This document shows, piece after piece, positions 30,505-40,812 of a DNA stretch of 64,000 nt. Position 1 is the stretch's first letter; each line of letters begins with the position of its first letter. A program made the position numbers and the translations under genes. Origin of the DNA: Candidatus Micrarchaeia archaeon (lineage in GTDB: Archaea; Micrarchaeota; Micrarchaeia; CABMEP01); NCBI GenBank assembly GCA_038881595.1, contig JAVZPM010000002.1:1-64000 (forward strand). The letters run 5' to 3'. A model generated the notes under the pieces. The model was not told the DNA's origin. It ran no database searches and worked only from the letters and a program-made list of their open reading frames with translations.

Positions 30505-31860
30505 TTAATCAATAGGTCTTGTTATATTTATGTCTTTTACCAATACAGAAGGAGTTATGACTGAACCATGTACCTCCCATGAATGGATTTTTTCAATATT
30601 TTTTCCTATCATCATTGTATTCTGCATTATCTCTTCGAGAGTTGAATTTATTCTTATATTTTTGATTGGATGTTTTATCTCTCCGTGTTCTATGTAGAAT
30701 GTTGCATCTCTAGGCAATATCGAGAATTCACCGGTAAAGTAATTCTGAAATCTCATATACCAAGCATTAGTCACATATATTCCTTTGTCTACATTTTCTA
30801 TTAATTTCTCGATTGAGTAATTTCCTTTTTTCAATACTATATTCCAAGGATGTGGGTTAATTAAACCCGCATTTCCAGTGGTTTCAGTGTTGTGTCTTTT
30901 TGCTGTTGATGTATTATGAATGTATGTTTTTAATATTCCATTTTCAATAAGTTTTTTAGTTTTAGTCGGTACACCTTCTGAATCAAAGGTTGAATATACA
31001 TATGCATCTTCATAAGTTGGATCATCAATCAAAGTGAAGATTTCACTTCCAATCTTTTTTCCTAATTTATCTACTAGAAAAGAGTTTCCAGTCTCAACTT
31101 CGAATGCAGAGGTTGCATCACCTATATGTTCAAGAATTATTGCTAAAGGAAGAGGTTCGAATAGAACGTCCATCTTACCTTCTATTTCCTTTTTTTCTCC
31201 TTTTGATTGAACTGCAAATTGCGCAGCTTCTTTTGCAATTTTTGTTGGATCTAAATTTTTTGTAGTTCTTCCTGAATATACTTTATGTCCTGAAGATTCT
31301 TTATTGCAGAGGGCCCTGAAAGATAGATATACACTGCTATCCTTTCCTTCAGCCTCACATTTTCCAGAAGTAAGAAGATAATCTGAGGAAAAACTTGTTT
31401 CAAATACACCACTGTTTCTTTCCGATCCATTCTCAATCGCAGAATTTATTGCATTTTCTAAAACATCAGCATGAATTTCATATGCGTTCTCTATTTTCTT
31501 ATCATATTTTTCTTTTTTATATTTGAAAGGACCTTGCGCTATACCTAGGAATTTTTCATTTGCAGGTATGTGTCTTGTATATCTTTTTATATTATCCAAC
31601 GTGCGTTTTATTCCCTTTTCGCTTGTATCTTTTATTGTCGTTTCAATTATCTTTCCTCTCCAATTACAAAACAGATACAATGATTTGGAAATAGAGGAAT
31701 CACTCTTTACTATTTTATTGTTTACGAATTTTGTTTGCTGGTAATTTCCTATTCCTGCATGTAAGACAACATCATCAGCACCTTCTCTCTTTAGTTCTTT
31801 CATTACCTTGTTTGTTTTTTCAATTAGAGACTCCATCTCTTTTTCTATTTCATTTTTCAT
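30505..31860 (-). CDS. pmbA: PmbA/TldE family protein
   Basis: FDSEGVP, LIENGILK.Y, TGNA, TGEFS; lacks HExxxH. Confidence 0.88.
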   Translation of the reverse strand: MKNEIEKEMESLIEKTNKVMKELKREGADDVVLHAGIGNYQQTKFVNNKIVKSDSSISKSLYLFCNWRGKIIETTIKDTSEKGIKRTLDNIKRYTRHIPANEKFLGIAQGPFKYKKEKYDKKIENAYEIHADVLENAINSAIENGSERNSGVFETSFSSDYLLTSGKCEAEGKDSSVYLSFRALCNKESSGHKVYSGRTTKNLDPTKIAKEAAQFAVQSKGEKKEIEGKMDVLFEPLPLAIILEHIGDATSAFEVETGNSFLVDKLGKKIGSEIFTLIDDPTYEDAYVYSTFDSEGVPTKTKKLIENGILKTYIHNTSTAKRHNTETTGNAGLINPHPWNIVLKKGNYSIEKLIENVDKGIYVTNAWYMRFQNYFTGEFSILPRDATFYIEHGEIKHPIKNIRINSTLEEIMQNTMMIGKNIEKIHSWEVHGSVITPSVLVKDINITRPID

Positions 31861-31929
31861 AAAGATCACTCATTTTGATGATTTATTTTTAAATACAATT
31901 AATTTCTATTTATTTAGATCATATTAGGA

Positions 31930-33381
31930 TTATCTCATCTTTATCTTTATCCTCATGGATGCTCCACCCATGGATACAGGTATTCCTTGCATTGGTTCTC
32001 CTTTTCCGCATGTTGCGGCATGGAGCTCAAAGTTGTCTGCTACTGCATTCACTGATTTCCATAATGTTCCAGTTGTTATTTCGATCGATGGGCCTTTTAC
32101 AGGTTTTGTTATTCTTCCATTCTCTATTAGGTAAGCCTCGCTTCCTTTATATTTTTGGTTCCATCTTCTGTCATCTATGTTCCATTCCATAAAGCTTTTC
32201 ATGTATATTCCATATCTTGTTTCTCTAATCATTTCTTCTTCTTTCCAATCACCAGGAAGCACAACTGTGTTCGACATTCTTATTATTGGTTCGACGGAAT
32301 AGTTCGATGCTCTTGCAGACGCATTGCTTCTTATTCCAAACTTGGCTGCACTTTCTCTATTCTGCAGAAATTCATTGATTACTCCATTTTTTATAAGCAT
32401 TTTTCTTCTTGCTTTAACACCTTCATCATCGTAAAGATAATATCCAAATGAATCTGGTAGTGTCGGGTCGTCAGCTACATTTACTATCTCACTGCCTATT
32501 TTCATTCCAAGCATATCTTTTGTTACAAACGATTCTCCTGCCTGCGCACTTTCTCTTCCCAAAATTCTATCTGCTTCATATGGGTGGCCTACACTTTCAT
32601 GCGCCATTATACCCGAAATTTCAGGAGATACAATAACCTCTATTTCTCCTTTTGGTGGTGCAATCCCATTGATTAAGTTGTCTTTAAGTGCAGTTGCTTC
32701 ATTTTTTATTTTTTCGTCTATTCTCATCTCTTCTATTTTTTCAAATCCTCCAGCAATTCCATATTGCCAATGCCTTTGCACGCTTTGATTATTCTCTTTT
32801 ATTGTAAAACTATAGAATAGATCTATTCTTGGAATCTTGCTTTCTATTATACTTCCCTCTGAATTTAAGTAGTACTTATTTGTAACGGTATCAACATAAT
32901 AAAAAGTACTAGCAAATATCTTTGCTCTTGAATCTAAGAGTTCTCTTTCTATATCTTTAACAAATTCAATCTTTTCGTCTATTTCAATCTCACTTATTTT
33001 TTTCTTTTCTTTTACTTCATATCTTGATCTTTCATATTTTTCTTTTGAAAATTCAATTTTATCTCCTATCTTTGCAGAATTTTTTGTAGATGTGATTGAT
33101 TGCTCAATTATTCTATCTATATTCTGCTTTTCAAATGTGTTTATGCTAAAGAAACCAAGACAGCCGTCAAGTACATATCTAACTCCAATCCCTTCTTCGC
33201 TTCCGAATGAAACAGCTTCAATATTTCCATTGCTTACGTATATGCTTTCCCCTGTATCCTTTTCTAATCTTATTTCTGTATATTCTGCTCCGATTTTATT
33301 CATTTTTTCAAGCATCTGATAGGATATAGATTTTAAGTCGTCCCAATTCATTTCTTTATTTTTTTTCCTTTTTACATCCAT
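31930..33381 (-). CDS. tldD: TldD metalloprotease
   Basis: HESVGH..EAD, YDDEG, RMSNT, CGKGEP.Q. Confidence 0.93.
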   Translation of the reverse strand: MDVKRKKNKEMNWDDLKSISYQMLEKMNKIGAEYTEIRLEKDTGESIYVSNGNIEAVSFGSEEGIGVRYVLDGCLGFFSINTFEKQNIDRIIEQSITSTKNSAKIGDKIEFSKEKYERSRYEVKEKKKISEIEIDEKIEFVKDIERELLDSRAKIFASTFYYVDTVTNKYYLNSEGSIIESKIPRIDLFYSFTIKENNQSVQRHWQYGIAGGFEKIEEMRIDEKIKNEATALKDNLINGIAPPKGEIEVIVSPEISGIMAHESVGHPYEADRILGRESAQAGESFVTKDMLGMKIGSEIVNVADDPTLPDSFGYYLYDDEGVKARRKMLIKNGVINEFLQNRESAAKFGIRSNASARASNYSVEPIIRMSNTVVLPGDWKEEEMIRETRYGIYMKSFMEWNIDDRRWNQKYKGSEAYLIENGRITKPVKGPSIEITTGTLWKSVNAVADNFELHAATCGKGEPMQGIPVSMGGASMRIKIKMR

Positions 33382-33440
33382 TGCATCACTATATTAATAT
33401 TTACAGGAATCAATTAAAAAGTTTACAAATAAATTAGCTT

Positions 33441-34415
33441 ATGCATAAAATGTCAGATAATATATCAGTATCTAAGAAGTTGCAAGATGCAGCAATAAAA
33501 CTCCTTAAAGAAAATGTTAGTCTAAGATATGGAGAAAACGTTCTTTTAATTACAGATAGGATTTCATGTCCTATTTTTACTGCCATCTCTGCAGCAGTAG
33601 ATCAACTTGGTGGAATTTCAACTCAAGCCTTCATAAGTCCAAACAGAGAGCACAGCTCTCCAATTCCTTATCTTAGAAATGCATGTGTTAATTCAGATGT
33701 GATAATAGGAGTAACAGACAAAAGCATCTCTCATTCTCCAGAAGTTTATGAAGCAAGGAGAAATGGAACTAGAGTTGTTTCAATGCCCGGAATAACAGAA
33801 GAACTGTTTATCAAAGGTTTAGAAGTTGATATATCAGTTATTAAAAGAATAAATTCTAAGCTTGAAAAGAAGTTGGAAAACTCAAAGATAGCAAAGGTTT
33901 TTTCTCCTTCTGGAACTATGGTTGAGATAAATATTTCAGATAGTAAATTCGATTTCAGCGACGATGGAGATGCATCTTATTCTGGAGCATTGATAAATGT
34001 ACCTTTTGGAGAGGTTTATTCGTTCATATCATCTTGCGATGGAAATATCGCAATAGACAGGTGGAGAGATGAAATCTACCCTAAAAATAAGGCAATAATA
34101 AAAGTTGAGAATGGAAAGATTGTCGGATGGAATAATGGCGCAAGTAAGTATGTTATGAATCAATTGAATGCAGGAGAATGTGGTTTGAATATTTCAGAAC
34201 TTGGCATAGGCACCAATCCTTTCATCAAAAATCCAATAGGAAACACTTTACATGATGAGAAAATTTTTGGTTCGGTGCATTTTGCATTTGGAGCAGGAAA
34301 GAAAGAGTGTCCAATACACGAGGATTTTGTGGTTTTAGAACCTACGGTTATTGTGGATGGTGAGGAATTAATTAAAAGAGGGAAATTTCTTTTTAATTTG
34401 GGAATAAAACAATAG
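33441..34415 (+). CDS. M29-like (leucyl) aminopeptidase
   Basis: SISH, SMPGI, N.P.GEV, ELGIGTNP, DEKIFGSVH.AFG, H.D. Confidence 0.82.
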   Translation: MHKMSDNISVSKKLQDAAIKLLKENVSLRYGENVLLITDRISCPIFTAISAAVDQLGGISTQAFISPNREHSSPIPYLRNACVNSDVIIGVTDKSISHSPEVYEARRNGTRVVSMPGITEELFIKGLEVDISVIKRINSKLEKKLENSKIAKVFSPSGTMVEINISDSKFDFSDDGDASYSGALINVPFGEVYSFISSCDGNIAIDRWRDEIYPKNKAIIKVENGKIVGWNNGASKYVMNQLNAGECGLNISELGIGTNPFIKNPIGNTLHDEKIFGSVHFAFGAGKKECPIHEDFVVLEPTVIVDGEELIKRGKFLFNLGIKQ

Positions 34416-34464
34416 CTTACAAGATCAGTGTTGATTTTTTAAATTTTTATAACCAACTAGTTTT

Positions 34465-36213
34465 ATGGATTTTTCAGAATTTGCTGAAACTGCATGTGAG
34501 CTAGAAAAAACATCTAGCAGATTAGCAATGATAGAAATTCTTTCAAAACTTTTCAAGAAGGCAGACAAAAATAATATTCAGAAATTAATCTATCTTTTAC
34601 AAGGGAGAGTCGCTCCACCATTTGAAGGCATAGAGGTAGGAATGGGTGAAAAATTTGTTGAAAAAGCAATTTCTAATTCTACAGGTTATACACTTTCGCA
34701 GGTTGAAGCCACATTCAGGAAGACAGGAGATCTAGGTACTGCAGCTGAAAAATTAGTTGAAAAAAAGAAACAGACGGCTCTTTCCACAGAATCATTGACT
34801 GTGGAAGGTGTTTTTGATTCGTTGTTAAAGATAGCAAAGACAACAGGTGAAGGAAGTCAAGACAAGAAAATAAAGCTTCTTTCTGATCTTCTTAACAGGG
34901 CAAGTCCACTTGAAGCTAGATATTTGGTTAGAATTCCTCTTGCAAATCTTCAATTGGGTGTTGGAGATCCAACAATTATGGATGCATTGTCTGTAGCGGT
35001 CAAAGGTGATAGTAGTCTTAGAGAAGAAATAGAACGTGCATACAACTTGTCCTCTGATCTCGGGACTGTGGCAAAGAATCTTTATGAGGGAAAGAAGAAA
35101 CTTTCTGAGATAAAACTTTTCAATCCGATAAGGCCTGCTTTGGCTGAGAGAGAAAATGATCCAGCTGCAATCTTAGAAAGGCATAAAACTACAATCGCAG
35201 ATTTAAAGTTAGACGGTTTTAGACTACAGATCCATAAGAAAGGAGATAAGGTAATGCTTTTTTCAAGAAGATTGGAAAATATGACGCATTCATTTCCAGA
35301 TGTTATTGAAGCTGTAAAAAACAATGTCAAGGCAGATGAGGCAATAATAGACAGTGAAGCATTGGCATATAATGAAGCAACTGGTGAAATCTATCCATTT
35401 CAATATACAATCCAGAGAAAAAGAAAGCACGGAGTGGCTGAAAAGGCTGAGGAACTTCCATTGCATGTGTTTGCTTTTGATTTAATATATGTGGATGGAA
35501 AGAATTTGATTGATGTACCATATAAACAAAGAAGAGAAATGCTTGAAAAGATAATAAAGAAAGATGGGATATCAGTCATGGAATCTATAACTACATCAGA
35601 TGTAAAAGAGCTAGAAAAATTCTTCAAAAAGTCAATTGAAATAGGGGCGGAAGGAATAGTATGTAAAGATCCAGAATCCCCATATAAGGCGGGAATGAGA
35701 GGATTCAATTGGATAAAGCTTAAGCGTTCATATAAGGGAGAGCTTGCAGATACAATTGATGTAGTTATAGTAGGCTATTTTTATGGTAAGGGTGCGAGAG
35801 CAGAGTTCAAATTTGGTGGTTTGCTCGGAGCAGTTTATGATGAAGATGAAGATACATTTAAGACTGTAGCAAGAATAGGGAGCGGATTTAGCGAGGAAAT
35901 GATGGTGAAGCTTAGGAATTTGCTTGAAAAGATAAAGACAAAAGAAAGGCCTGCCAGAGTGGACTCTTTAATCGAACCTGATGTATGGGTAAAACCATTA
36001 TATGTTGTAACAGTAAAGGCAGATGAAATAACAGAGTCTCCAATGCATACAGCTGGAAGAAAAGGAGAGACAGGGTATGCATTACGTTTTCCAAGGATGA
36101 TTGGAGATATTAGAGAGGATAAGAAGCCAGAAGATGCAACAACTGTTACAGAGATAATAAGGATGTTTAAGCTTCAAAAGCATACCGCAGTTCAATCAAG
36201 TACAGAGGCATGA
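34465..36213 (+). CDS. lig: ATP-dependent DNA ligase
   Basis: KLDGFR.Q.H, FSRRLEN, EG...K, WIKLK, LRFPR. Confidence 0.96.
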   Translation: MDFSEFAETACELEKTSSRLAMIEILSKLFKKADKNNIQKLIYLLQGRVAPPFEGIEVGMGEKFVEKAISNSTGYTLSQVEATFRKTGDLGTAAEKLVEKKKQTALSTESLTVEGVFDSLLKIAKTTGEGSQDKKIKLLSDLLNRASPLEARYLVRIPLANLQLGVGDPTIMDALSVAVKGDSSLREEIERAYNLSSDLGTVAKNLYEGKKKLSEIKLFNPIRPALAERENDPAAILERHKTTIADLKLDGFRLQIHKKGDKVMLFSRRLENMTHSFPDVIEAVKNNVKADEAIIDSEALAYNEATGEIYPFQYTIQRKRKHGVAEKAEELPLHVFAFDLIYVDGKNLIDVPYKQRREMLEKIIKKDGISVMESITTSDVKELEKFFKKSIEIGAEGIVCKDPESPYKAGMRGFNWIKLKRSYKGELADTIDVVIVGYFYGKGARAEFKFGGLLGAVYDEDEDTFKTVARIGSGFSEEMMVKLRNLLEKIKTKERPARVDSLIEPDVWVKPLYVVTVKADEITESPMHTAGRKGETGYALRFPRMIGDIREDKKPEDATTVTEIIRMFKLQKHTAVQSSTEA

Positions 36214-36238
36214 TGCAGAAAATGTAAGAAGGGATTCA

Positions 36239-36880
36239 ATGGTTGGGAAAAAAGGCAAATTCATAGTACTGGAAGGAATAGATGGGTGCGGAAAGTCTAC
36301 ACAAATTGAAAATATTGCAAATTATTTGTTTTCCAAAGATAAGTCAAATCATATTTTAATTACTAGAGAGCCTACAATGATTTCAAGTTATGGGAAAAAA
36401 GTAAGAGATTTATTGAAAAAGCAAAAGAATACACAAAAAAATGCTGCGCTCTTTACCAAATTATATGTTAAGGATAGGAAATTTCATATTAATAAAATGG
36501 TTTTACCTGCAATGAAAGAAGGATGTATTGTAATAAGTGATAGATATAAATATTCAACATTTGCATATCAAATTTTGCAGGGAGATAAGCTAGAGAATCT
36601 TATGAAGCTTCATAAAGGATTAGTGGTTCCAGATTTAATCATAATATTAGACATTAGTGAAGAAGAGTCAATTAAAAGAATCAGCAATCAGAAAGAAAAA
36701 GAACTATTTGAAAAAAAAGAGTTCCTTAGGAAAGTAAGAGAGAACTACTTAAAGATGAAGGAAATATTTCCAAATGAAAACATAGTCGTAATCGATGGAG
36801 AAAAAAGTAAGGATGAAGTATTTGAGAGTATAAAGAAAGAGATAGATAAGTTATTTGAGCAAGTAAGAAGTAAAAGATGA
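36239..36880 (+). CDS. tmk: Thymidylate kinase
   Basis: EGIDGCGKST, TREP, SDRY..S..AYQ. Confidence 0.94.
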   Translation: MVGKKGKFIVLEGIDGCGKSTQIENIANYLFSKDKSNHILITREPTMISSYGKKVRDLLKKQKNTQKNAALFTKLYVKDRKFHINKMVLPAMKEGCIVISDRYKYSTFAYQILQGDKLENLMKLHKGLVVPDLIIILDISEEESIKRISNQKEKELFEKKEFLRKVRENYLKMKEIFPNENIVVIDGEKSKDEVFESIKKEIDKLFEQVRSKR

Positions 36881-36953
36881 AGTAAAAGAAAAAGTAAAAT
36901 TAAAAAATTAAAAACCAAAAAATAAAAATGATTTAAATTAATTATTCTTTCCT

Positions 36954-37406
36954 TTATTCTTTCCAAATCTCTTCTTCCTTGAACCACAAAGCAACTTCTT
37001 GTTTTCCTTCTTCTGGTGTTCCTGACGCGTGAACCACATTTTCTATTTCACCATCAGTAGTTCTTCTTCCATATTTTCCTCTTATTGTCCAAGGTTCAGC
37101 CTTTTCAGGATCGGTTGCTCCAACTATTTCTCTTGCTCTTTTTACAGCATTCTCTCCTTCGTAAACAAGCGCAAGAATTCTGTTTTCACCATGTTTCTTT
37201 CCTTGAATGAAATCAATAAGTCCATTGTAGAATGGTTTTCCTTTGTGCATTGCATAATGTGTTTCTGCAAGTTCTTTGCTTACCTTTACCACTTTTGCAG
37301 CTACTAGTTTTAATTTTGCATTTTCAAACATAATCATTACTTCTCCCATCAAACCCCTTTTCATTCCATCTGGCTTTATTAGAATAAGTGTTCGTTCTTT
37401 TTCCAT
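36954..37406 (-). CDS. ndk: Nucleoside diphosphate kinase
   Basis: ERTL.LIKPDG, GATDP..A.P.TIRG, NVVHAS. Confidence 0.95.
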   Translation of the reverse strand: MEKERTLILIKPDGMKRGLMGEVMIMFENAKLKLVAAKVVKVSKELAETHYAMHKGKPFYNGLIDFIQGKKHGENRILALVYEGENAVKRAREIVGATDPEKAEPWTIRGKYGRRTTDGEIENVVHASGTPEEGKQEVALWFKEEEIWKE

Positions 37407-37541
37407 TCTCTCACCTTATAACAATTAGTTGTTGTATAATTCTCACAAAATCTTTTTAAATCCATATTGATAATTATATCTGCACATAAATACTATATAT
37501 GAAACGATTTTTCGTTCACTCTAATTGTGGGAGGAATTTAA

Positions 37542-37835
37542 ATGGATAGAATAGCTGATTTAAGACCAGGAATGAATGCTTCAATAGAAGGGGAAGTTGT
37601 ATCTATAGAGCCTTCAAGAGAAGTTAGGACAAAATTTGGTAAATTAATAAGAGTTACAAATGCAACAATCGCAGATGATTCAGGACAGATAATAGTAACT
37701 CTTTGGGACAAGGACATAGACAGAGTTTCAATAGGGGATAAGATTAAAATTGAAAACGGTTGGGTTTCTGATTTTAAGGGTAACTTACAAATAACTGCTG
37801 GAAAAAACGGAAAATTAGAAATAATTACGAAATAA
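37542..37835 (+). CDS. Single-OB-fold ssDNA-binding protein
   Basis: IADL.PG, V....IADDSG.I..TLW, GD.I.IENG.V..F.G.LQ. Confidence 0.88.
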   Translation: MDRIADLRPGMNASIEGEVVSIEPSREVRTKFGKLIRVTNATIADDSGQIIVTLWDKDIDRVSIGDKIKIENGWVSDFKGNLQITAGKNGKLEIITK

Positions 37836-37938
37836 CAAATTATCGAGTAATTGCAATTTTTTTATGATGCTATTCTTCTCATTTCTTTATTTTCTTATTT
37901 TTTTACCTTTTTTAAAGTTAACTATATAAAGTATATTT

Positions 37939-38454
37939 ATGGGAATATTATCTAATGTTGATATTAAAAATGCAATAAAAAAGAAAGAGATAGTTATAGA
38001 TCCAATGCCCCCTCAAGAATGTTTTGGACCAGGTTCAGTAGATGTAGCATTGAGTGACATTTTTTATATCCCAAAGAAGAAACTACCTAATATATTGGAT
38101 GCATCTAAAGACTCTTTTGAACAGATGTACGAAAAAATTAAAGCGAAAGAGATCATACTAAAACCTGGCGACTGTATTTTAGCTGTCACGGAAGAAAGAT
38201 TGATCTTAGCACCAAATATTTGTGGTTGGATACAGGGAAGAAGTAGGTTCGCAAGAATGGGTTTAACTGCACATGTTGCATCAAGCTTTATTCAACCAGG
38301 ATCGCAAAACAGACAGGTGTTAGAAATAGCCAATCTTTCAAAAGTTCCAATAAAAATTTCAAAAGGATTAAGATTATGTCAAATAATCTTTGAACGAACA
38401 AATTCAAAGCCAACTAAACCATATTCAAATATTGGAAAGTTTGCAAAACAATAA
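37939..38454 (+). CDS. dcd: dCTP deaminase
   Basis: P.SVD..L, GRSRFARMGL..H, I.PG, LEI.N, R.CQ..F. Confidence 0.88.
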   Translation: MGILSNVDIKNAIKKKEIVIDPMPPQECFGPGSVDVALSDIFYIPKKKLPNILDASKDSFEQMYEKIKAKEIILKPGDCILAVTEERLILAPNICGWIQGRSRFARMGLTAHVASSFIQPGSQNRQVLEIANLSKVPIKISKGLRLCQIIFERTNSKPTKPYSNIGKFAKQ

Positions 38455-38470
38455 TTAAATGCTTTTAGTT

Positions 38471-38617
38471 GCGGCAGTAGTCTAGCCTGGTAGGACTCGA
38501 GCTTCCCAAGAAACTATTTTAAGAAAAGAGTTTCATCAGAAAATTATGATTAAGCTTTCATATTAAAAGAAGTTTCGGGAAAAGCTCGCGACCCGGGTTC
38601 AAATCCCGGCTGCCGCA
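38471..38617 (+). tRNA. tRNA-Gly(CCC) with a 74-nt intron (38509-38582) at canonical position 37/38
   Basis: GCGGCAG/CTGCCGC acceptor stem, CGAGC/GCTCG anticodon stem, GGTTCAAATCC T-loop; hBHBh' motif formed by TTCC/GGGA and GAAACT/AGTTTC. Confidence 0.92.
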
Positions 38618-38723
38618 TATTATAATAGAAGACAGAATAGAGGATAAAAAATAAATAGTTACAAACAGTCTAAAACATAAAAAATATTAAATAAAAAATT
38701 AAAGCAAAATAAAAGAAAATCGC

Positions 38724-39992
38724 TTATTCATTAAATTCAGTTTTCTTTTTCTTTCTGAATCTTGGCAATATGAACTTGTAGATTATATATATCAAAACTG
38801 CAGCAACTGCAATTAATATTAATGGATCAGTTGGAGTTACTTTGTCATACCCGTATTTTATTGCATCCTCTTTGCTAAATACATTAACCTTTACATTTTC
38901 ATATTGCTCGTGTACATTTCCCATGGTATCTTTGTATGTTATTTTTATCGGCAATTCAATCTCTTTATTTGTAGAATTGATGTATAATTCAAATTCTGCA
39001 ACTTCAGAATCATCTGAATTTATATCACCAATATAGTAGAGGTTTGGACTTAGAATCTTATATTCATTACTTGAGTCTAGCAATTCTACAGTTGTGAATG
39101 CAATTTTTGATTCCCCTCTATTTATAATTGATATGGGAACTGTGGATTTTGCATTGTTTCTAACTATTGTTGTTTGGTCATGTAAAGCAAGCAGTGCAGG
39201 TTCTGTGATTACATCAAGAGAGATTATTGTATTCTTAGAATATGATTTTCCGAGCATATCATAATAAGTAATGGTTACAGGTATCTTATAGGACTTTGCA
39301 GTTGCATCGCTTATTGCTTTTATTGTAAATGAAATGTCTACTTCTTTTCCAATCTCTAGTATTTGAATTCTTTTTTCTGTTGTTTCGTTTACAGGGACAA
39401 AAGGAATGTCTATTCCACTTAAGTCTATCTTTGTAGTTATGTCTTTAAGTGTGCTTCCTGCAAGATTCGTGAGTGTTAATGTGAGTTTACCAACTTGGTT
39501 TGGTTTGAATTCTGATGGCTCACTTTTAACTTTGCTTATACTTATCATTGCATCTTGTGATTGGATATAAATAGGAAGTTCTGCAGACTCTTCTTGATAC
39601 CCAGAAATCTTGCAGATTATTTTAAGTTTGTTTGTTCCAGTTACTGCATTTTCGCTTATTCTAACCTTGAATCTCATAAGTGCTATATCGTTCTTCTTAA
39701 AATTACCTAAATTATAAATACCATCATCTACATTATCAATCGAAAATGGATATTTAGGATCTAGATAACATGTAAGATTTTCAATTGTCTTTTCAACAGC
39801 GGATTGTACTTTTACATAAACGTCAATATATCTTCCGGGTTCAGCAGGATATGGGTAATAATATGCACCTTCGCTTATCCTAACTCCAGCAATGTTTGCA
39901 ACATTTGGATTTATTACCCCTTGTGCATTTATTAAAACAAAAAATTGCAAAATAAACAGGTAAATATAAACAGCTTTAATTTTTTTATTCAT
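38724..39992 (-). CDS. COG1361-type S-layer-domain protein associated with the ABC exporter
   Basis: Signal peptide, PYPAEPG, repeated Ig-like modules, C-terminal TM plus basic tail. Confidence 0.75.
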   Translation of the reverse strand: MNKKIKAVYIYLFILQFFVLINAQGVINPNVANIAGVRISEGAYYYPYPAEPGRYIDVYVKVQSAVEKTIENLTCYLDPKYPFSIDNVDDGIYNLGNFKKNDIALMRFKVRISENAVTGTNKLKIICKISGYQEESAELPIYIQSQDAMISISKVKSEPSEFKPNQVGKLTLTLTNLAGSTLKDITTKIDLSGIDIPFVPVNETTEKRIQILEIGKEVDISFTIKAISDATAKSYKIPVTITYYDMLGKSYSKNTIISLDVITEPALLALHDQTTIVRNNAKSTVPISIINRGESKIAFTTVELLDSSNEYKILSPNLYYIGDINSDDSEVAEFELYINSTNKEIELPIKITYKDTMGNVHEQYENVKVNVFSKEDAIKYGYDKVTPTDPLILIAVAAVLIYIIYKFILPRFRKKKKTEFNE

Positions 39993-40043
39993 ACACTCAC
40001 CATTTTTTAATTAATATTGAGAAGCAAATTATTAAAGACTATC

Positions 40044-40790
40044 TTATTTCTTCTTTATATTATTGAAGTCAAATTCATGATTTTTTGAATCTCTGATTAT
40101 GACTCCATCTCTTAATTCAATTATTCTCTCTGCATGTTCTGCTACGAATCTTTCATGTGTTACTACTATGACAGTTCTGTTCTCTTCTTTGTTAAGTTTT
40201 GTTAACAACCCCATTATCTCAAGTCCGCTTTTGTAATCAATATTTCCAGTAGGTTCATCAGCAAGTATTACTTCAGGCTCCACCACTAATGCTCTTGCTA
40301 TTGCAACTCTTTGTTGTTCTCCACCAGAAAGTTCTCTTGGAAGATGATTCATCCTGTGGCTCATTCCAACTTTCTCAAGCATTTTTCTACTCTTTTCTTT
40401 CGCTTCGTCCATAGATATATCTTTAAACATCAATGGAAGCATTACATTTTCAAGTGCAGTTAGTGTGGGTATAAGATTGAATGATTGGAAAACAAAACCA
40501 ATTTTCTTTCCTCTCCATTGAGCAAGTTCGCTCTCTGATAAGGTAGTTATATCAATATTGTCAAGTTTTATTTTTCCAGTAGTAGGTAGATCAAGGCTCC
40601 CAATCATGTTCATTAATGTACTTTTTCCACTTCCAGAATGGCCTATTATAGCAACGAATTCTCCTTCATATATTTTCAGATTGATTCCACAAAGCGCATT
40701 AACCTTCACGTCACCCATCTGATAGGTTTTTCTTACATTCTCAAGTTCGATTATTATTCTTTTATTTTCCTTTTGTCTCTCTTTTTTCAT
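40044..40790 (-). CDS. ABC transporter ATP-binding subunit (LolD/MacB type)
   Basis: GHSGSGKST, LSGGEQQRVAIARAL, LADEPTGN, VTH. Confidence 0.94.
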   Translation of the reverse strand: MKKERQKENKRIIIELENVRKTYQMGDVKVNALCGINLKIYEGEFVAIIGHSGSGKSTLMNMIGSLDLPTTGKIKLDNIDITTLSESELAQWRGKKIGFVFQSFNLIPTLTALENVMLPLMFKDISMDEAKEKSRKMLEKVGMSHRMNHLPRELSGGEQQRVAIARALVVEPEVILADEPTGNIDYKSGLEIMGLLTKLNKEENRTVIVVTHERFVAEHAERIIELRDGVIIRDSKNHEFDFNNIKKK

Positions 40791-40812
40791 CTAATCACCA
40801 ATATTTATTTAC

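Noticed and set aside
38509..38582. C/D box guide RNA inside the tRNA intron
   Set aside because: Only a partial ATGATTA is present and there is no CTGA D box on the sense strand
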